A stretch of 64,000 nucleotides of DNA from contig JBBDXS010000019.1 of assembly GCA_040902195.1 (NCBI GenBank), positions 213,969 through 277,968 on the forward strand, read 5' to 3'. The first letter of the stretch is position 1; each line of letters starts with the position of its first letter. Position numbers and translations under genes: made by a program. Origin of the DNA: Dehalococcoidia bacterium. Its GTDB lineage: Bacteria; Chloroflexota; Dehalococcoidia; DSTF01; RBG-16-68-14. The notes under the pieces are model-generated. The model did no database searches and was not told the origin of the DNA. It saw only the letters and a program-made list of their open reading frames with translations. This document shows, piece by piece, positions 48,029-56,865 of this stretch.

Positions 48029-49300
48029 ATGCAGCGTCGTCCTTCCGATGTGAACGGCAAAAAGTCCTATACTGCTTTAGTGACTCAGGAAGGGCAGTCG
48101 GAGCATCCGCCAGAAGACGGCAGGCCAGAGCGCAGAGCTCGCGAGCTCTTGAACCTGCGGGCGGAGAACGAACGCCTGCGAACGCGCCTCATTTTGCTGA
48201 GCCGGCTCGGCCAGCAGATCGCCTCGTCACTCGACCTGACAACTGTGTTTCAGCAGGTCGTCGACAGCGCTTGCGAGCTGACGAGTGCTCGCTACGGCGC
48301 GCTTGGCATCTTCGATCGGCACGGACAGATCGAACAGTTCATTACGCATGGCCTGACGGACGAAGAACAGGACCGCATCGGCAGGCTGCCGGAGGGGCTC
48401 GGGGTCCTGGGCTGGCTCCGAGATCTTCAGGAGCCGCTTCGCTTGGGCGACCTGACGAAGCACCCGCGTTCCGCCGGCTTTCCCTCGAACCACCCAGCAA
48501 TGAAGACGTTTCTGGGTGCGCCCATCCGGCATGGCGCAGTGTCTCTCGGCAACCTCTATCTGACCGAGAAGGCTGAAGAACAGGACTTCACGCCGGAAGA
48601 CGAGAACCTGCTCGTCCTGTTTGCGGCGCAGGCGGCAATGGCGATCCGTAACGCGCAACTACACCGCCAAGTGCAGGACCTAGCCATACTGGAGGAGCGC
48701 GACCGGATCGGCATGGACCTACATGACGGCGTGATCCAGTCGCTCTACGCGACAGGGCTGAAGCTCGAAAGCGTATTGGACGACATGGCGAAGAACCCGC
48801 AGGAGGTCGCGTCCGAAGTTGGGCGCGCAATCGATCAGCTCAACCAGGTCATTGGCGACATCAGGAGCTACATCTTTCACCTCCGCCCCACCGCTCTCTC
48901 AGAGACCGACCTTGCCGGGGCGGTGGGTGGGCTGCTGCGTGAGCTCAAGGTCAACACGTTGATAGACGTTGAAATGCTGGAGGCGCCTGGTGCTTGTCGT
49001 GGGCTGGACCAGGAGCTTGCCGGAGGGTTGTTCCTGGTCGCCAAGGAGGCAATCGCGAACGCTCAGAAGCACGCAAAAGCGAAGCGCGTGTCCGCTTCAC
49101 TCGAGCGGTACAACGGCACCCTCAAGATGATCATTGCGGACGACGGCTCAGGATTCGATCCAGCCCTACCGAGCAGCGGCCTAGGCCTGCATAATGTCCG
49201 CGAGCGCATCGAGCGGCTTGGCGGAACGTTGTCGTTGGAGTCCAGTCCCCGGGATGGGACGCGCATCGTCGTAGAGGTCCCAGTCGCGGCTGGAAACTGA
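48029..49300 (+). CDS. GAF-domain sensor histidine kinase (HisKA_3/NarL-partner type, DevS/DosT-like architecture)
   Basis: GAF (TSARYGALGIFDRHGQI...), H-box RDRIGMDLHDGVIQSL, HATPase (ADDGSGFD, GLGLHNVRERI). Confidence 0.85.
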   Translation: MQRRPSDVNGKKSYTALVTQEGQSEHPPEDGRPERRARELLNLRAENERLRTRLILLSRLGQQIASSLDLTTVFQQVVDSACELTSARYGALGIFDRHGQIEQFITHGLTDEEQDRIGRLPEGLGVLGWLRDLQEPLRLGDLTKHPRSAGFPSNHPAMKTFLGAPIRHGAVSLGNLYLTEKAEEQDFTPEDENLLVLFAAQAAMAIRNAQLHRQVQDLAILEERDRIGMDLHDGVIQSLYATGLKLESVLDDMAKNPQEVASEVGRAIDQLNQVIGDIRSYIFHLRPTALSETDLAGAVGGLLRELKVNTLIDVEMLEAPGACRGLDQELAGGLFLVAKEAIANAQKHAKAKRVSASLERYNGTLKMIIADDGSGFDPALPSSGLGLHNVRERIERLGGTLSLESSPRDGTRIVVEVPVAAGN

Positions 49301-49956
49301 TGGTTGAGCAGGCGCGTGTGCTTCTCGTAGACGACCATGACGTCGTTCGCGAAGGCCTGCGCGCGCTGCTGCGTAGGCGCGATGAGTTGGTCGTGGTCGG
49401 CGAGGCGGACTCCGTCGCCTCCGCCATCGAGGCCGCGCGCGCCAGCCAGCCGGACGTCGTCGTTATGGACGTCCGCCTCCCTGATGGTACCGGCGTTCAG
49501 GCGTGCCGGGCGATCAGGGCCGAGCGGCCGGATACGAAGGTCATCATGCTCACGTCATACGCAGACGATGAGGCCGTCTTGGCATCGATCATGGCCGGCG
49601 CGAGCGGCTATCTCCTCAAGCAGACGCGCGGTCAGGACCTGCTCGACGCCATCGGGCGGGTCCTGCGCGGCGAGTCTCTCCTCGACCCCGTCGTGACGAG
49701 CCGGGTGCTCGAACGCGTGCGCAGTGCCGGACAAGGGAAACCTGACGAGCTCTCGCTCCTGTCGGAGCAAGAGCGCAAGATCCTCGACCTGATCGCAGAG
49801 GGCAAGACGAATAAGGAGATAGCGGAAGATGTCTTCCTCAGCGACAAGACGGTCAAGAACTACGTTAGTAGCATCCTGAGCAAGCTCGACCTGCGGCGTC
49901 GCTCCGAAGCCGCCGCGTTCATAGCCCGGCGTCAGACGCCTCCCCCGCAAGACTAG
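49300..49956 (+). CDS. NarL/LuxR-family response regulator (DevR/DosR-like)
   Basis: REC domain (LLVDDHDVVREG, VVMDVRLPDG, KVIMLTSY) plus C-terminal LuxR HTH (LSEQERKILDLIAEGKTNKEIA). TGATG overlap with the kinase gene. Confidence 0.9.
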   Translation: MVEQARVLLVDDHDVVREGLRALLRRRDELVVVGEADSVASAIEAARASQPDVVVMDVRLPDGTGVQACRAIRAERPDTKVIMLTSYADDEAVLASIMAGASGYLLKQTRGQDLLDAIGRVLRGESLLDPVVTSRVLERVRSAGQGKPDELSLLSEQERKILDLIAEGKTNKEIAEDVFLSDKTVKNYVSSILSKLDLRRRSEAAAFIARRQTPPPQD

Positions 49957-49965
49957 ACCTCCTCG

Positions 49966-49999
49966 CAGGGGCCATTCGGCCCCCCGGAAACGGGATTTT
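49966..49999 (+). terminator. GGGGCC-ATTC-GGCCCC hairpin followed by CCGG-AAA-CGGG-ATTTTC immediately after the regulator stop
   Basis: Inverted repeats read directly, 12 nt after the TAG of the regulator and about 35 nt before the orphan receiver gene; short T-run present. Confidence 0.3.
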
Positions 50000-50032
50000 C
50001 GGTTCTGGGGTCGTTGCCTCGGTCGTCGTACC

Positions 50033-50467
50033 TTGGCTACGGAGGGTACGATGTCTGAAACGGTGCCGCTTCCGGCAATCCGGGTCTTGCTCGTCGATGA
50101 AGATAGCAAGACGCGCGCAGCCATCGCAGACCGGATCGGACGAATGGAAGGTATGGAGCTTGCGGGGGCGGCCGGGGACGTGCAAGGCGTACGCGATCTC
50201 CTTCACAGCGCGCAGACGGACGTCATCCTCCTCGACCTACACCAGTACGACGGGCAGGACGGCGGCGTCTGTCGCAGCATCCGGGCGCTGACGGATCTGC
50301 CGGTTATCGTCCTCGCCTCGTTCATGACAGTAGAGCGCTGGCAGGAGGCAAGCGCCGCCGGCGCGACAGCGTATGTCCTCAAGAACATCGATACCGAGCA
50401 GCTTAGCCGCGAGATCAAAGAGCTCACGGCGAAGGCTGGACGCGGCAGCGGAGGAGGAGAAGAATGA
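50033..50467 (+). CDS. single-domain response regulator (CheY-like receiver)
   Basis: IRVLLVDED, DVILLDLHQYDG, VIVLASF, K at position 117. TTG start; ATG at 50051 is an alternative. Gly-rich acidic tail. Confidence 0.7.
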   Translation: MATEGTMSETVPLPAIRVLLVDEDSKTRAAIADRIGRMEGMELAGAAGDVQGVRDLLHSAQTDVILLDLHQYDGQDGGVCRSIRALTDLPVIVLASFMTVERWQEASAAGATAYVLKNIDTEQLSREIKELTAKAGRGSGGGEE

Positions 50468-50985
50468 TCAAGCGAATTCTCGTTCCACTCGATGGGTCAG
50501 CGCTCGCGGAGCGTGTACTGGATGAGGCGAGGCCTCTTGCGCAGAGCCTTGGCAGCACTCTTGTCCTTATCCGCGTCGTGCCGGCGCAGGAGGACGCGGT
50601 ACTGTACGTGCCCCAGCTTGTCGATGAGCTCCGAGAAGCCCACGTTCGAGCAGCGGAGGAGTATCTCACGACGATCGCAGCGCACATCGCCACAGATCAG
50701 CTGCCGACCGAGACGTACGTCTGTGTCGGCGCTGTCGCCCCCACGCTGGCCGACAAGGCAACGGAACTCCATTGCGACCTGATTGCGCTCACCTCACACG
50801 GGATGGGTGGCCTTGGCGCGGCCGTGTTCGGCAGCATTGCGCTGAAGTTGTTGCACAGCGCGCCGTGTCCCGTTCTCGTCATTCGTTCAACGGCGGGACA
50901 GCTCGAGGGCGAAGAGGAAGCGGAAGAGAGTGCGGCCGACCAAGCACTCCTGCGAGAGCTATCGAGTACGCCGGCCGCGCGATAG
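50464..50985 (+). CDS. universal stress protein (UspA family)
   Basis: ILVPLDGS ... LIALTSHGMGG ... GSIALKLLHSAPCPVLVI. ATGA overlap with the receiver gene. Confidence 0.9.
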   Translation: MIKRILVPLDGSALAERVLDEARPLAQSLGSTLVLIRVVPAQEDAVLYVPQLVDELREAHVRAAEEYLTTIAAHIATDQLPTETYVCVGAVAPTLADKATELHCDLIALTSHGMGGLGAAVFGSIALKLLHSAPCPVLVIRSTAGQLEGEEEAEESAADQALLRELSSTPAAR

Positions 50986-50997
50986 GGAGCTTCAACC

Positions 50998-52179
50998 ATG
51001 GATACGCCAACGATTCTCGTACCGCTGGATGGCTCGGAACTGGCCGAGGCAGCCCTTGACGTCGCTGAAGCGTTCGCAAAGGCCATCGGCGCTCGCATAC
51101 TGCTCTTCGCCGCGTTCGAAGACGTGGCCCAGGGGCCGCTCGCGGAGAACTCACGGGCTGCGGAGTACCAACAGCGCGGGATCGACGAGCTCCGTGCTTA
51201 CATTGCGAAGATGGCGAGTGAGCTTGGCCGCGACGGCATCCACGTCGACACAAAGGTTGTCCACGGTGCAGCGTCGGATGAGATTCTCCGCGTCATCGGA
51301 GACGAGGACCCGAGCTTCGTCGTTCTGACGACGCATGGGCGTTCCGGTATCAGTCGTTGGCGCTACGGGAGCGTCGCGTCCAGGCTGGTCCACGAATCGT
51401 CGGCCGCCACCGTCGTCGTCGGGCCTAACGCCCGTCATCCCAGAGGCGCGCACGCAAAACCTGTTCGCCACATCCTCGTCCCGCTCGATGGCTCCGCCCA
51501 GGCCGAGGTCGCGCTGGGGCCGGCAACGGAACTAGCCAAGGCGTTCGGCGCCGAGCTGGTTCTTGCGCAGGTCGTCCAATGGCCCGGAAGCGCGTATATC
51601 GCCGGCGCTCCAGAGCTCGACTTCGCTCAGATAGAGATTGAGCTCACCGAAGCGGCGGCCGAACATCTTCGCATGGTGCGCGACCGCCTCGCCGGCCGTG
51701 TCGCCGGCCGGACCGTTAGAACGTTCGTGCAACGCGGCCCGGCGGTGGACGCGTTGACCTCGCTCGTGGACGGGGAGGGCATCGACCTCGTCGTGATGAC
51801 CTCTCACTGTCGTACCGGTTTCGCTCGCGCCGTCCTCGGTAGCGTCGCCGACCGGATGCTGCAATGCAACGTGCCGGTGGTTCTCATCCGGCCGGAAGGC
51901 GCCGTTCCGACGGTGCACCGGCCTCGTGGGCGCTACTGCCACAACTGCGGCCGCTCGTCACCGTACGCGAACGTGCTGGAAGACGACGTCTGCCTGCGCT
52001 GCGGGCAGCACCTGCACACGTGCGGGAACTGCGCGTACTTTGACGGCGTAGCTTGCATCATGCAGCGTCCGGAAGCTCATAGCCTGCTGCCCGGCAGCGA
52101 CTGCCCGTACTTCCAGTTTCGCGAGAGCGAAGCGCCGCCTGTGCATTCGGCCATCGCTGCTAAACGCGACGACCGCTAG
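50998..52179 (+). CDS. tandem universal stress protein fused to a C-terminal Cys-rich zinc-ribbon region
   Basis: Two USP repeats (ILVPLDGSELAEAAL... and ILVPLDGSAQAEVAL...) followed by CHNCGR...CLRCGQHLHTCGNCAYFDGVACIMQ...CPYF. Confidence 0.85.
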   Translation: MDTPTILVPLDGSELAEAALDVAEAFAKAIGARILLFAAFEDVAQGPLAENSRAAEYQQRGIDELRAYIAKMASELGRDGIHVDTKVVHGAASDEILRVIGDEDPSFVVLTTHGRSGISRWRYGSVASRLVHESSAATVVVGPNARHPRGAHAKPVRHILVPLDGSAQAEVALGPATELAKAFGAELVLAQVVQWPGSAYIAGAPELDFAQIEIELTEAAAEHLRMVRDRLAGRVAGRTVRTFVQRGPAVDALTSLVDGEGIDLVVMTSHCRTGFARAVLGSVADRMLQCNVPVVLIRPEGAVPTVHRPRGRYCHNCGRSSPYANVLEDDVCLRCGQHLHTCGNCAYFDGVACIMQRPEAHSLLPGSDCPYFQFRESEAPPVHSAIAAKRDDR

Positions 52180-53561
52180 TGCGCCCCAGCGATAGCCGTC
52201 TCCTCCAGGTACTTGGTGTACTGGCACATTGCGGCCAAGGCCTGCACCGCTCGCTCCGGGTAAGCGTAGACTGGAACGCGCGCTTCGTCGAGGAGCTTGC
52301 GGCCACGGTCGACCGCTTCGCCGCCCATGAACACGGCGATGAGCGGCTTCGCAAATTCCCGCGCAAGGTATGAGATCACACGCGCGGTGCGTTCCGGCTC
52401 CGTCACTCGTTGCGGGGTAAGGAGCACGAGGAGGGAATCAACCGTGTCGTCCGCGGCGAGCGCCTCCAGGGCCAACTGGTAGCGGTCCGCGCCAGCGTCT
52501 CCAAGCAGATCGACAGGGTTGGTTGTCGCCGCTGCCGCCGGAAGCCGCTCCTTGAGGGCAAGCATCGTATCGCGGGATAGCGGCGCAAGCTTGAGACCAA
52601 CCCGCTCGATGGCATCCGACGCCATGACCGCAGGACCGCCCGCGTTCGTCACGACACCGACCCGCGGTCCTCTCGGCAATGTGGAGAACGAGAAGCAGAG
52701 CGTGTAATCGAACAGCTCCGCCATCGTCGCCGCGCGAACGATCCCGGCCTGCCGGAAGGCCCCGTCGACGATTGCGTCGGAGCTCGCGAGCGCGCCCGTG
52801 TGCGAGCTAGCCGCTCGTGCGCCGCCGCCCGTCGTGCCGACCTTGATCAAGATGACCGGCTTCGATGCGGTCACGCGTCTCGCTACATCCATGAAGCGTC
52901 TGCCGTCCGTTATGCCCTCGAGATAGCCGATGATGATCTTCGTCTGCGGGTCGTCGCCAAGGTAGTCGAGACAGTCGACGTCATTGAGGTCCGCCATGTT
53001 GCCTAGTGAGACGAACTTCGCGAAGCCGAGATCGATCGAGCGCGCCCAGTCAAGGATCGCCGTTGCCACGGCGCCGGACTGCGAGAGCATACTCACATCG
53101 AACTGGAGCGGCGTCGTCTCAGCGAAGGTAGCGTTCATCCCGATCGCCGCATTGATGATCCCGACGGAGTTCGGCCCGATAAGCCGCATGCCGTACCGCC
53201 GCGCGCACTCCACGAGCTCTCGCTCGACAGCAGCCCCCTCCGGTCCGGTTTCGCGGAAGCCTGCCGTTATCACAACCGCAGCGCGGACGCCCTTCCGGCC
53301 GCATTCGTCCAGCGCCGAGAGCACGGCCGCTGCCGGAACGGCAAGAATCGCTAAGTCGGGGACTTCATCGATATCTAGGACGCTGGCGTAGGAGTGCAAG
53401 CCGAGAACTCGCTCAATGTTCGGATTCACGGCGTACAGACAGCCCTGGTAGCGTGCTCGCTGGAGGTTGTCGAGCACCACGTACCCGATCTTTTGCGGGC
53501 TGCGCGATGCGCCGATCACGGCGATGCTTCGCGGATTGAAGAATCGATTGAGATCAATCAC
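52176..53561 (-). CDS. acetyl-CoA synthetase (ADP-forming) alpha-subunit paralog / CoA-binding acyl-CoA synthetase
   Basis: 461 aa; FNPRSIAVIGASRSPQKIG, LIGPNSVGI, SQSGA, HTGALAS. Confidence 0.8.
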   Translation of the reverse strand: MIDLNRFFNPRSIAVIGASRSPQKIGYVVLDNLQRARYQGCLYAVNPNIERVLGLHSYASVLDIDEVPDLAILAVPAAAVLSALDECGRKGVRAAVVITAGFRETGPEGAAVERELVECARRYGMRLIGPNSVGIINAAIGMNATFAETTPLQFDVSMLSQSGAVATAILDWARSIDLGFAKFVSLGNMADLNDVDCLDYLGDDPQTKIIIGYLEGITDGRRFMDVARRVTASKPVILIKVGTTGGGARAASSHTGALASSDAIVDGAFRQAGIVRAATMAELFDYTLCFSFSTLPRGPRVGVVTNAGGPAVMASDAIERVGLKLAPLSRDTMLALKERLPAAAATTNPVDLLGDAGADRYQLALEALAADDTVDSLLVLLTPQRVTEPERTARVISYLAREFAKPLIAVFMGGEAVDRGRKLLDEARVPVYAYPERAVQALAAMCQYTKYLEETAIAGAH

Positions 53562-53632
53562 GACGTACGGCCACGGTTGTCAGCGGCAGTGGTGGCCATG
53601 TGGAGCGTAGCACACGAGCCGTCGGCTGGCTG

Positions 53633-54790
53633 TCAGTAGCGAAGCACGGCGGCGATGCAGGCCTCTTCGAGGAGCGCGGCCTCGGCGTCTTGGTGGACGG
53701 TCTCGATGAGCGCGCCGGTTTGCAGCGCTCGTTCGATGGCCCATTCAGCGAGATCGGCCACCGGCTCAAGCGTCTGGCCACACACAGGGCACTCGCCCAG
53801 GGTTTCGATAGCGGCAAAGTCGCCGGCGGGGCATGCGCTGCCCTTGATGTTGCGCTGTGTCGCTACAACCAGTTTATGGACCCGCCCCTCACCCAGCGCC
53901 TGCAGCGTGTCGTCCCAGCCGACAGTCCCCAGCGCTCCGGAACGAGCCGCGTCAAGAACGTCGGAAACGATCTGGCGCTCGGCTTCGCTTTCGGCGGCGG
54001 CTTCGACCTCTTCGACGCGCTCGACAATCTGCTCGTCGGAGAGGAACTCTTCTGCCGCGAACGTACCGGCCACGCGCGTCCGCAGACCCCGAGGTAGCAC
54101 GGAGAGGAAGGCTGCGCGCGCCTCGTCCGGGCCCCCGACAATCAACCGATCGAATGAACGACGCTTAGCCTCAACCTGCAACTGCTTGGCGGCGCGCACG
54201 AGGTGACTGTGGAGGTGGGCATCGCGGTGCCGCGAGTAGCCGGGCTGGGCCCACCCGCCCCTCTTGCTGCGGCCAGGGTACTTGTCAACGACGTCTACCG
54301 CGTGCTCGACTCGCCCCAGGTACACGTGCAGCAGACGGGCGTGGTCTTTATCGACAAGAGCGACGGCGTACCGCTCGTAGTCGTCTAGAATGGCTGCGAG
54401 CGGCGCAAGGACCGGCCGCTCGGCAAAACGGGCGAGCGGCTGGACCGGTACCTGCAACTGAAACAGGTCCCACAACCCGCGCGGCTGGCAAGAAAAGAGC
54501 GCAACACCGCGGCCGGCCAGCTCGAAGTCATCGCGGAGGAATTCGATCACGCGGCGTCGCTCGTCGTCCACGCGGCCCTGGAGAAGGCCGCGCGCAGTGC
54601 CGCCGAGCGTATGGAGGACGTTCGTGGCTACACCGTGAATATCGCGCCGCTCGCCTCCCGACGTCTCGAAGGAAAGGTACACAGAGAGCACCCCGTGCGG
54701 ACTGCGAAAGCGCCCCAACCGGCGCAGGTCCCCTTCGGTTGGCGCTCGGAGCTGGTTGATTGTTGCCCGGTTTCGTGTTGGCATAGTCAT
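53633..54790 (-). CDS. eRF1/Pelota-like (bacterial baeRF family) protein with C-terminal zinc ribbon
   Basis: Central PGRSKRGGWAQPGYSRHRDAH parallels eRF1 domain-2 HGRGGQSALRFARLR (GGQ replaced by GGW-AQ). C-terminal CPAGD...CPVCGQ zinc ribbon. From memory it resembles M. tuberculosis Rv2629 (recalled as eRF1-like). Confidence 0.65.
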   Translation of the reverse strand: MTMPTRNRATINQLRAPTEGDLRRLGRFRSPHGVLSVYLSFETSGGERRDIHGVATNVLHTLGGTARGLLQGRVDDERRRVIEFLRDDFELAGRGVALFSCQPRGLWDLFQLQVPVQPLARFAERPVLAPLAAILDDYERYAVALVDKDHARLLHVYLGRVEHAVDVVDKYPGRSKRGGWAQPGYSRHRDAHLHSHLVRAAKQLQVEAKRRSFDRLIVGGPDEARAAFLSVLPRGLRTRVAGTFAAEEFLSDEQIVERVEEVEAAAESEAERQIVSDVLDAARSGALGTVGWDDTLQALGEGRVHKLVVATQRNIKGSACPAGDFAAIETLGECPVCGQTLEPVADLAEWAIERALQTGALIETVHQDAEAALLEEACIAAVLRY

Positions 54791-55215
54791 GGGCCCTTCT
54801 GTGAATGATGGCCGGCGACGGCGAGGAACGCATCGAGGTACTGCTTGACGTCATGCGCGACGTCGTCCAACGACAGCACGCCGATGACTCGGCCGCCGCT
54901 GATCGTGACCGGCATACGCCGCGCGCCGGCATTCCTCATCATCTCCACAGCCTTCTCCAGATCGACACCGCCATACACCGTCGTCGGGTGGAGCTCCATG
55001 CATGCACCGACGGGGCGCTTGGCGGGATCGCCACCGAGCGCCATACAGCGCACGACGAGATCGCGATCCGTGATCACCCCCTCAATGATGCGGCCCTCTT
55101 TCGTCGCGACAAGCATCCCAACGTGGTGGTCGCGCATGAGCTGGGCCGCGCGTTGGCAACTATCGACGGCTGACACTTCGACAAGGGCGAAGTTCATCAC
55201 GTCGTTGACCTTCAT
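54787..55215 (-). CDS. CBS-domain pair protein (Hrp1/Rv2626c-like)
   Basis: 142 aa, two CBS repeats (VGMLVATKEGRIIEGVITDRDLV; RRMPVTISGGRVIGVLSLDDV). ATGA overlap with the eRF1-like gene. Confidence 0.85.
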   Translation of the reverse strand: MKVNDVMNFALVEVSAVDSCQRAAQLMRDHHVGMLVATKEGRIIEGVITDRDLVVRCMALGGDPAKRPVGACMELHPTTVYGGVDLEKAVEMMRNAGARRMPVTISGGRVIGVLSLDDVAHDVKQYLDAFLAVAGHHSQKGP

Positions 55216-55233
55216 GCCGGTCCCTCCATTCGT

Positions 55234-55707
55234 TTAGGCGGTGGCAAGTTGGGCCACCTTCGGCTCGGCCACGCGCGTGTAATCTGCGAACGCCAAGCTA
55301 ATGGTGTCCGTATGCGTACCGGCCTGAAATCGGATCGTCTCGCCTGCTGCCAGTCCGGAGTCGATATACAACGGAATGTCATACAGTTTGCCGATCGGTG
55401 GCATCGCGCCGACGTCACAGTCGGGGAAGCGGGCAGCGAACTCCTCCTCTGTCGCCAGACGGACATCCGTCGCTCCAAGCAGCGCCTTCAGGTTCGTGAG
55501 GTTGACGTGCTCAGGCGCGGGCAGCGCTAGCATGATGAGCTTGCCGTCCCCCAGCACCATCACGACCTTCGCGAACTGTTTCCCGGACACATGCTCGCTC
55601 GCAGCAACCTCCTGAGCGGTGAACACTTCCGGATGATGCTGCACCTGAAACGGCACGTGCTGCTCGCGCAGGTATTGCTCAAGCCTCACTTTGCAGTCCA
55701 TGGCCAT
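55234..55707 (-). CDS. YbaK/ProX-like aminoacyl-tRNA deacylase domain protein
   Basis: 157 aa; fits the free-standing ProX/YbaK pattern (VPFQVQHHPEVFTAQEVAA ... KVVMVLGDGKLIMLALPAPEHVNLTNLKALLG ... GAMPPIG ... PLYIDSGL ... IRFQAGTHTDTISL). Confidence 0.72.
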   Translation of the reverse strand: MAMDCKVRLEQYLREQHVPFQVQHHPEVFTAQEVAASEHVSGKQFAKVVMVLGDGKLIMLALPAPEHVNLTNLKALLGATDVRLATEEEFAARFPDCDVGAMPPIGKLYDIPLYIDSGLAAGETIRFQAGTHTDTISLAFADYTRVAEPKVAQLATA

Positions 55708-55855
55708 CCTCCTCTGACTCCAGCCTAACGGGCTACGGACGGGCCGATGAGTGTCAAACAGCCCGTTCCTGGCGGGCTGTTTGGCCTGTAGGACGCAAGA
55801 CGGGGGCTACTGGTGGGCTGAGCCGAGAATGCGCGCCTTGGAGGTCTCCGCGGTC

Positions 55856-56794
55856 CTACTTGTAGTCGATCAGTCCTACCAACGAGCGGGACGCGTGCAG
55901 TCGTTGAATCGCCTCAGACAGGAGCTGTCGCAGACTGATCACCTGGACTGGTAGGCCGGTCTCTGCAGGCGATTTGACGCTGTCGGTAACGATGACGTGC
56001 TTCACAGGCAACGAGCGCAGTCGCTCAACAGCCTGGCCGGCAAACAGCCCGTGTGTGGCTGCGACGATCAACTCTGTGCTTGAACCAGCGTCCAGAACGG
56101 CCCGGTATGCCGCCTCAATGGTCCCGCCGGTGCTAATCATGTCATCCACGATGACCGGAGAGCGCCCGCGTACTTCCCCGCTGACGCGGGAGACCCGGAC
56201 TTCCGCGCCGGAAATACGGGTCTTGTGCACAACAGCCATCGGAACGCCCAAGGCGTCCGCAAATCGTTCGGCAAGGTGGGCTGCACCGAGGTCCGGTGCG
56301 ACGATGACGCTTGTCTCACCGCACAGAGGGCGGGCACTCTCGATCAGCGACTGGACAGCACTGAGGTGGGCGACGGGGATGCTGGTGAGAGCCTCGATGG
56401 CCGGCGTGTGAACGTCGACAGCGACTATCTGCTCGATGCCGCTTGCCTGGATGAGATCGGCTGCAAGCCGGGCGGCGATCGCCTCCCGTCCGCGCGCGCG
56501 TCGATCCTGTCGCGCATAGCCGAAATACGGGATGACCGCGGTGGTGCGCCCCGCCCCGGCGCGGCGGCAGGCATCGGCAAGCAAGAGCAGTTCCACTAGA
56601 TGCTGATCCGGCGGCGGGCTTGTCGCCTGAATGATGAAGACGTCGCGGCCGCGAACGGAGTCAACGAGTTCGACCTGAAGCTCTCCGTCAGGGAATCGCT
56701 CCACTCGGCGATTCGTCAGATCAATCGCAATGTCCGTCGCGACATGTTGGGCGAGCTCCAGGCTCGCCGTGCCAGCTATCAGCGAGAGTTCCAC
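55856..56794 (-). CDS. prs: ribose-phosphate pyrophosphokinase (PRPP synthetase)
   Basis: 312 aa; DGELQVELVDSVRGRDVFIIQ, PYFGYARQDRR, VIVDDMISTGGT PRPP-binding loop. Confidence 0.9.
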   Translation of the reverse strand: MELSLIAGTASLELAQHVATDIAIDLTNRRVERFPDGELQVELVDSVRGRDVFIIQATSPPPDQHLVELLLLADACRRAGAGRTTAVIPYFGYARQDRRARGREAIAARLAADLIQASGIEQIVAVDVHTPAIEALTSIPVAHLSAVQSLIESARPLCGETSVIVAPDLGAAHLAERFADALGVPMAVVHKTRISGAEVRVSRVSGEVRGRSPVIVDDMISTGGTIEAAYRAVLDAGSSTELIVAATHGLFAGQAVERLRSLPVKHVIVTDSVKSPAETGLPVQVISLRQLLSEAIQRLHASRSLVGLIDYK

Positions 56795-56865
56795 CGGCTA
56801 GCGCCTTCCGAGCCCTGCATTCCAATCCCCGATGGCGAACGGGCCGCGACCGTGCGCTCCCTGTG

